Notes under the pieces: generated by a model
Told to the model about the DNA's origin: nothing
What the model saw: the letters and a program-made list of their open reading frames with translations, nothing else
Databases searched by the model: none
Virus genome (UHGV): UHGV-1335316
Direction: 5' to 3' (one strand)
Origin: a virus
DNA length: 10,734 nucleotides
In this document: positions 6,627 to 10,734 of the stretch, piece after piece
How the letters are laid out: every line of letters begins with the position of its first letter
How positions within the stretch are numbered: the first letter of the stretch is position 1
Position numbers and translations under genes: made by a program

Positions 6627-7037
6627 ATGAAGCAAACAATCTTCCTCCGAACTAAGCAACAACAGCAAGCTGCAATAAATGCCATCCTCGCAACACCACT
6701 CGATAAAGACAAGCCAGTCACCATCCGCATTACTGACTACAAGCGCAACCTTGACCAGAACGCAAAATTTCACGCGATGCTGGCGGATATCGCACGTCAG
6801 GTTCAATGGTGCGGCAAATGGTTAAAACCAGAACAATGGAAGGTTTTGTTGATTAGCGGTCATGCAGTGGCAACAAAGCAGGAAGCTGATGTTTTGTCCG
6901 GCCTTGAAGGCGAATACGTCAACATTCGCGAAAGTAGCGCGCAGATGAGTGTGAAGCGTATGGCAAGTCTGATTGAGTACACGACAGCATGGGCTATTGG
7001 TCAGGGCGTCAGATTTACCGACAGGAGGTACGAATGA
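6627..7037 (+). CDS. ninB: NinB-family recombination protein, divergent from lambda NinB
   Basis: Start chosen at ATG 6627 (MKQTIF, SD tgaggtga) rather than the ORF-track start 6609. Conserved block [33 protein letters not shown] parallels lambda NinB RSLDQNRKLWACLGDVSRQVEWHGRWLDAESWK as recalled. Confidence 0.85.
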   Translation: MKQTIFLRTKQQQQAAINAILATPLDKDKPVTIRITDYKRNLDQNAKFHAMLADIARQVQWCGKWLKPEQWKVLLISGHAVATKQEADVLSGLEGEYVNIRESSAQMSVKRMASLIEYTTAWAIGQGVRFTDRRYE

Positions 7038-7216
7038 GACGACAGCGACGAAGTATCACCGACATAATCTGCGAAAACTGCAAATACCTTCCAACGAAAC
7101 GCTCCAGAAATAAACGCAAGCCAATCCCAAAAGAATCTGACGTAAAAACCTTCAATTACACGGCTCACCTGTGGGATATCCGGTGGCTTAGAGAACGTGC
7201 GAGGAAAACAAGGTGA
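7034..7216 (+). CDS. ninE: NinE
   Basis: ATG 7034 overlaps the ninB stop (ATGA). 60-aa [60 protein letters not shown] matches lambda NinE as recalled. The ORF-track start 6989 is an upstream extension. Confidence 0.85.
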   Translation: MRRQRRSITDIICENCKYLPTKRSRNKRKPIPKESDVKTFNYTAHLWDIRWLRERARKTR

Positions 7217-7383
7217 TTGACCCAAATCGAAGTTACGAACAAGGAAGTGTCGAGCGAGCTTTAACGTGCGCTAACTGCGGTCAGAAGCTGCATGTGCTGG
7301 AAGTTCACGTGTGTGAGCACTGCTGCGCAGAACTGATGAGCGATCCGAATAGCTCGATGCACGAGGAAGAAGACGATGGCTAA
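7213..7383 (+). CDS. ninF: NinF
   Basis: GTG 7213 overlaps the ninE stop (GTGA). 56-aa [56 protein letters not shown], lambda NinF-like. Below the ORF-track cutoff. Confidence 0.8.
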   Translation: MIDPNRSYEQGSVERALTCANCGQKLHVLEVHVCEHCCAELMSDPNSSMHEEEDDG

Positions 7384-7987
7384 ACCAGCGCGAAGACGAT
7401 GTAAAAACGATGAATGTCGGGAATGGTTTCACCCTGCATTCGCCAATCAGTGGTGGTGCTCTCCAGAGTGTGGAACCAAGATAGCACTCGAACGACGAAG
7501 CAAAGAACGCGAAAAAGCGGAAAAGGCAGCAGAGAAGAAACGACGACGAGAGGAGCAGAAACAGAAAGATAAACTGAAAATTCGAAAACTCGCCTTAAAG
7601 CCCCGCAGTTACTGGATTAAACAAGCCCAACAAGCTGTAAACGCCTTCATCAGAGAAAGAGACCGCGACTTACCATGTATCTCGTGCGGAACGCTCACGT
7701 CTGCTCAGTGGGATGCCGGACATTACCGGACAACTGCTGCGGCACCTCAACTCCGATTTGATGAACGCAATATTCACAAGCAATGCGTGGTGTGCAACCA
7801 GCACAAAAGCGGAAATCTCGTTCCGTATCGCGTCGAACTGATTAGCCGTATCGGGCAGGAAGCAGTAGACGAAATCGAATCAAACCATAGCCGCCATCGC
7901 TGGACTGTCGAAGAGTGCAGGGCCATCAAGGCGGAGTATCAGCAGAAACTCAAAGACCTGCGAAATAGCAGAAGTGAGGCCGCATGA
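7376..7987 (+). CDS. ninG: NinG (Rap-family recombination-associated structure-specific endonuclease)
   Basis: 203 aa, lambda NinG-like. Cys-rich N-terminus ([12 protein letters not shown]...CSPECG) and CISCG...CVVCNQHK motifs. Its start overlaps the ninF 3' end by 8 nt. Confidence 0.9.
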   Translation: MAKPARRRCKNDECREWFHPAFANQWWCSPECGTKIALERRSKEREKAEKAAEKKRRREEQKQKDKLKIRKLALKPRSYWIKQAQQAVNAFIRERDRDLPCISCGTLTSAQWDAGHYRTTAAAPQLRFDERNIHKQCVVCNQHKSGNLVPYRVELISRIGQEAVDEIESNHSRHRWTVEECRAIKAEYQQKLKDLRNSRSEAA

Positions 7988-8190
7988 CGTTCTCAGTAAA
8001 AACCATTCCAGACATGCTCGTTGAAGCATACGGAAACCAGACAGAAGTAGCACGCAGACTGAAATGTAGTCGCGGTACGGTCAGAAAATACGTTGATGAT
8101 AAAGACGGGAAAATGCACGCCATCGTCAACGACGTTCTAATGGTTCATCGCGGATGGAGTGAAAGAGATGCGCTATTACGAAAGAATTGA
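7984..8190 (+). CDS. ninH: NinH
   Basis: 68 aa [68 protein letters not shown], lambda NinH-like. ATGA overlap with ninG. Confidence 0.85.
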   Translation: MTFSVKTIPDMLVEAYGNQTEVARRLKCSRGTVRKYVDDKDGKMHAIVNDVLMVHRGWSERDALLRKN

Positions 8191-8833
8191 TGGCAGCAAA
8201 TACCGAAATATTTGGGTAGTTGGCGATCTGCACGGATGCTACACGAACCTGATGAAAAAACTGGAGACGATAGGATTCGACACCAAAAAAGACCTGCTTA
8301 TCTCGGTGGGCGATTTGGTTGATCGCGGTACAGAGAACGTCGAATGCCTGGAATTAATCACATTCCCCTGGTTCAGAGCTGTACGTGGAAACCATGAGCA
8401 AATGATGATTGATGGCTTATCAGAGCGTGGAAACGTCAATCACTGGCTGCTTAATGGCGGTGGCTGGTTCTTTAATCTCGATTACGACAAAGAAATTCTG
8501 GCTAAAGCTCTTGCCCATAAAGCAGATGAACTTCCGTTAATCATCGAACTGGTGAGTAAAGGAAAAAAATATGTCATCTGCCACGCCGATTATCCTTGTG
8601 ATAAATACGAGTTTGGAAAGCCAGTTGATCATCAGCAGGTAATCTGGAACCGCGAACGAATCAGCAACTCACAAGACGGGATCGTGAAAGAAATCAAAGG
8701 CGCGGACACGTTCATCTTTGGTCATACGCCAGCAGTGAAACCACTCAAGTTTGCCAACCAGATGTATATCGATACCGGCGCAGTGTTCTGCGGAAACCTC
8801 ACATTGATTCAGGTACAGGGAGAAGGCGCATGA
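8168..8833 (+). CDS. ninI: NinI serine/threonine protein phosphatase (calcineurin-like metallophosphoesterase)
   Basis: Start chosen at ATG 8168 (MRYYERIDG). Metallophosphatase motifs GDLHG, GDLVDRG, GNHE. Lambda PPase-like over its full length. Confidence 0.92.
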   Translation: MRYYERIDGSKYRNIWVVGDLHGCYTNLMKKLETIGFDTKKDLLISVGDLVDRGTENVECLELITFPWFRAVRGNHEQMMIDGLSERGNVNHWLLNGGGWFFNLDYDKEILAKALAHKADELPLIIELVSKGKKYVICHADYPCDKYEFGKPVDHQQVIWNRERISNSQDGIVKEIKGADTFIFGHTPAVKPLKFANQMYIDTGAVFCGNLTLIQVQGEGA

Positions 8834-9453
8834 GACTCGAAAGCGTAGCTAAATTTCATTCGCCAAAAAGCCCGATGATGAGCGACTCACCACGGGCTAC
8901 TGCTTCTGACTCTCTTTCCGGTACTGATGTGATGGCTGCTATGGGGATGGCGCAATCACAAGCCGGATTCGGAATGGCTGCATTCTGTGGTAAGCACGAA
9001 CTCAGCCAGAATGACAAACAAAAGGCTATCAACTATCTGATGCAATTTGCACACAAGGTATCGGGGAAATACCGTGGCGTGGCAAAGCTTGAAGGAAATA
9101 CTAAGGCAAAGGTACTGCAAGTGCTCGCAACATTCGCTTATGCGGATTATTGCCGTAGTGCCGCTACGCCGGGCGCAAGATGCAGAGATTGCCACGGTAC
9201 AGGCCGTGCGGTAGATATAGCAAAAACAGAGCAGTGGGGGAGAGTTGTTGAGAAAGAGTGCGGAAGATGCAAAGGCGTCGGCTATTCCAGGATGCCAGCA
9301 AGCGCCGCATATCGCGCTGTAACGATGCTAATCCCAAACCTTACCCAACCCACCTGGTCACGCACTGTTAAGCCGCTGTATGACGCTCTGGTGGTGCAAT
9401 GCCACAAAGAAGAGTCAATCGCAGACAACATTTTGAATGCGGTCACACGTTAG
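8830..9453 (+). CDS. Q: Q late-gene antiterminator
   Basis: 207 aa, lambda Q-like (Zn-finger region CRDCHGTG...CGRCKGVG). ATGA overlap with ninI. Confidence 0.93.
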   Translation: MRLESVAKFHSPKSPMMSDSPRATASDSLSGTDVMAAMGMAQSQAGFGMAAFCGKHELSQNDKQKAINYLMQFAHKVSGKYRGVAKLEGNTKAKVLQVLATFAYADYCRSAATPGARCRDCHGTGRAVDIAKTEQWGRVVEKECGRCKGVGYSRMPASAAYRAVTMLIPNLTQPTWSRTVKPLYDALVVQCHKEESIADNILNAVTR

Positions 9454-9495
9454 CAGCATGATTGCCACGGATGGCAACATATTAACGGCATGATA

Positions 9496-9540
9496 TTGAC
9501 TTTTTGAATAAAGTTGGGTAAATTTGACATCAACGATGGA
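9496..9540 (+). promoter_or_regulatory. PR' late promoter with qut/pause elements
   Basis: -35 ttgact 9496-9501, 17-bp spacer, -10 taaatt 9519-9524. A -10-like pause-inducing aacgat at 9532-9537, just after the inferred start site. Matches lambda PR' through the pause region as recalled. Confidence 0.8.
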
Positions 9541-9560
9541 TAAATGCACTCGTTAAATAA

Positions 9561-9595
9561 AGCCCTGAGTTAATATCTCGGGGCTTTTTGCGTTT
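9561..9595 (+). terminator. tR'-like intrinsic terminator closing a short 6S-like PR' leader transcript
   Basis: 9-bp stem agcccugag 9561-9569 / cucggggcu 9577-9585 (one G-U pair), 7-nt loop, then uuuu 9586-9589 and further U-rich sequence. Confidence 0.7.
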
Positions 9596-9866
9596 TAAGC
9601 ACGGCCTTTCTGAAAGCACATCAAACCAAATACCAGACAGACAAAAATAATCACCTTATCCGCTGTGGCTACGGTGCGGTGTGCTTTGCATAAAAGAAAA
9701 CCAGCGCAATGGCTGGCTTCGTGAAAGCGGGTGGCATGAGGTTGCCCTAACAACCTCCTGCCGTTTTGCCCGTGCATATCGGTCACGAACAAATCTGATT
9801 ACTAAACACAGTAGCCTGGATTTGTTCTATCAGTAATCGACCTTATTCCTAATTAAATAGAGCAAA

Positions 9867-9896
9867 TCCCCTTATTGGGGGTAAGACATGAAGATG
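9867..9896 (+). promoter_or_regulatory. sdi stem-loop and dual-start motif of the holin gene (S107/S105)
   Basis: Hairpin tcccc-ttatt-ggggg 9867-9881, then atg aag atg (9888-9896) giving M-K-M, as in lambda S. Confidence 0.7.
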
Positions 9897-10211
9897 CCAG
9901 AAAAAAATGACCTGTTAGCCGCCATTCTCGCGGCAAAGGAACAAGGCATCGGGGCAATCCTTGCGTTTGCAATGGCGTACCTTCGCGGCAGATATAATGG
10001 CGGTGCGTTTACAAAAACAGTAATCGACGCAACGATGTGCGCCATTATCGCCTGGTTCATTCGTGATCTTCTCGACCTCGCCGGACTAAGTAGCAATCTC
10101 GCTTATATAACGAGCGTGTTCATCGGCTACATCGGTACTGACTCGATTGGTTCGCTTATCAAACGCTTCGCTGCTAAAAAAGCCGGAGTAGAAGATGGTG
10201 GAAATCAATAA
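9888..10211 (+). CDS. S: holin/antiholin S (class I holin)
   Basis: 107 aa [107 protein letters not shown], lambda S-like. Confidence 0.95.
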   Translation: MKMPEKNDLLAAILAAKEQGIGAILAFAMAYLRGRYNGGAFTKTVIDATMCAIIAWFIRDLLDLAGLSSNLAYITSVFIGYIGTDSIGSLIKRFAAKKAGVEDGGNQ

Positions 10212-10671
10212 TCAACGTAAGGCGTTCCTCGATATGCTGGCGTGGTCAGAGGGAACTGATAACGGACGTCAGAAAACCAGAAATCATGGTTATGACGTCA
10301 TTGTTGGCGGAGAGCTATTCACTGATTACTCCGATCACCCTCGCAAACTTGTCACGCTAAACCCAAAACTCAAATCAACAGCAGCCGGACGTTACCAGCT
10401 TCTTTCCCGTTGGTGGGATGCCTATCGTAAGCAGCTTGGCCTGAAAGACTTCTCTCCGAAAAGCCAGGACGCTGTGGCACTGCAACAGATTAAAGAGCGT
10501 GGCGCTTTACCGATGATTGATCGCGGTGATATTCGTCAGGCTATCGACCGTTGCAGCAATATCTGGGCTTCACTGCCGGGCGCTGGTTATGGTCAGTTCG
10601 AGCATAAGGCTGACAGCCTGATTGCAAAATTCAAAGAAGCAGGCGGAACGGTCAGAGAGATTGAGGTATGA
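10195..10671 (+). CDS. R: endolysin R (lytic transglycosylase)
   Basis: 158 aa [51 protein letters not shown]..., lambda R-like. Overlaps the S 3' end. Confidence 0.95.
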   Translation: MVEINNQRKAFLDMLAWSEGTDNGRQKTRNHGYDVIVGGELFTDYSDHPRKLVTLNPKLKSTAAGRYQLLSRWWDAYRKQLGLKDFSPKSQDAVALQQIKERGALPMIDRGDIRQAIDRCSNIWASLPGAGYGQFEHKADSLIAKFKEAGGTVREIEV

Positions 10672-10734
10672 GCAGAGTCACCGCGATTATCTCCGCTCTG
10701 GTTATCTGCATCATCGTCTGCCTGTCATGGGCTG
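10668..10734 (+). CDS. Rz: Rz i-spanin, 5' fragment (truncated by window end)
   Basis: ATG 10668 overlaps the R stop (ATGA). Translation [22 protein letters not shown] has the N-terminal transmembrane anchor typical of lambda Rz. Confidence 0.85.
   Translation, partial: MSRVTAIISALVICIIVCLSWA

Noticed and set aside
6352-6806. Minus-strand ORFs 6352-6639, 6422-6730 and 6612-6806
   Set aside because: Antisense to the small membrane ORF and ninB; no RBS or motif; compositionally driven.
6989-7033. ORF-track start of ninE at 6989
   Set aside because: The conserved NinE N-terminus MRRQRRSIT begins at ATG 7034, which overlaps the ninB stop as expected for coupling; the upstream extension lies inside ninB.
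7001-7225. ORF 7001-7225 (-) antisense to ninE
   Set aside because: Shadow ORF opposite a conserved gene.
8159-8167. GTG 8159 as the start of ninI
   Set aside because: ATG 8168 gives the conserved MRYYE... N-terminus; GTG 8159 adds three residues inside ninH with no better RBS.
8239-9195. Minus-strand ORFs 8239-8439 and 8956-9195
   Set aside because: Antisense to ninI and Q respectively; no support.
9595-9792. ORF 9595-9792 (-) in the Q-S intergenic leader
   Set aside because: Lies in the late leader region, partly in lambda-like non-coding sequence upstream of S, and a minus-strand hairpin plus U-tract at 9690-9718 would fall inside it; no RBS evident.
9872-10096. ORF 9872-10096 (-) antisense to holin S
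   Set aside because: Shadow ORF opposite a conserved gene.

Overview
This window is the immunity, replication, nin, Q and early lysis region of a lambdoid prophage, read without any database search. The backbone is recognisably lambda (cI, OR operators, cro, nutR, cII, ninE-ninI, Q, PR', S, R and the start of Rz), judged by comparison with the lambda sequence as I recall it from memory, so every 'lambda-like' statement needs confirming by alignment. Three blocks depart from that backbone. (1) The slot between cI and the t_imm terminator, where lambda has rexA-rexB, instead holds about 1 kb of AT-richer DNA with a 221-codon ORF and a downstream 67+ codon ORF of unknown function, co-oriented with cI. 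This is the best candidate for an undescribed lysogen-expressed exclusion or defence module. (2) The replication module pairs an initiator with a lambda-O-like N-terminus and its own iterons with a 626-aa TOPRIM/P-loop primase-helicase, not lambda P. (3) An AT-rich island of about 660 bp encoding an HNH-AP2 homing-type endonuclease sits immediately upstream of a tR2-like terminator, followed by a small two-helix membrane ORF and a divergent NinB. Three runs of N (240-273, 488-544, 1597-1606) hide sequence, two of them inside the candidate cargo.
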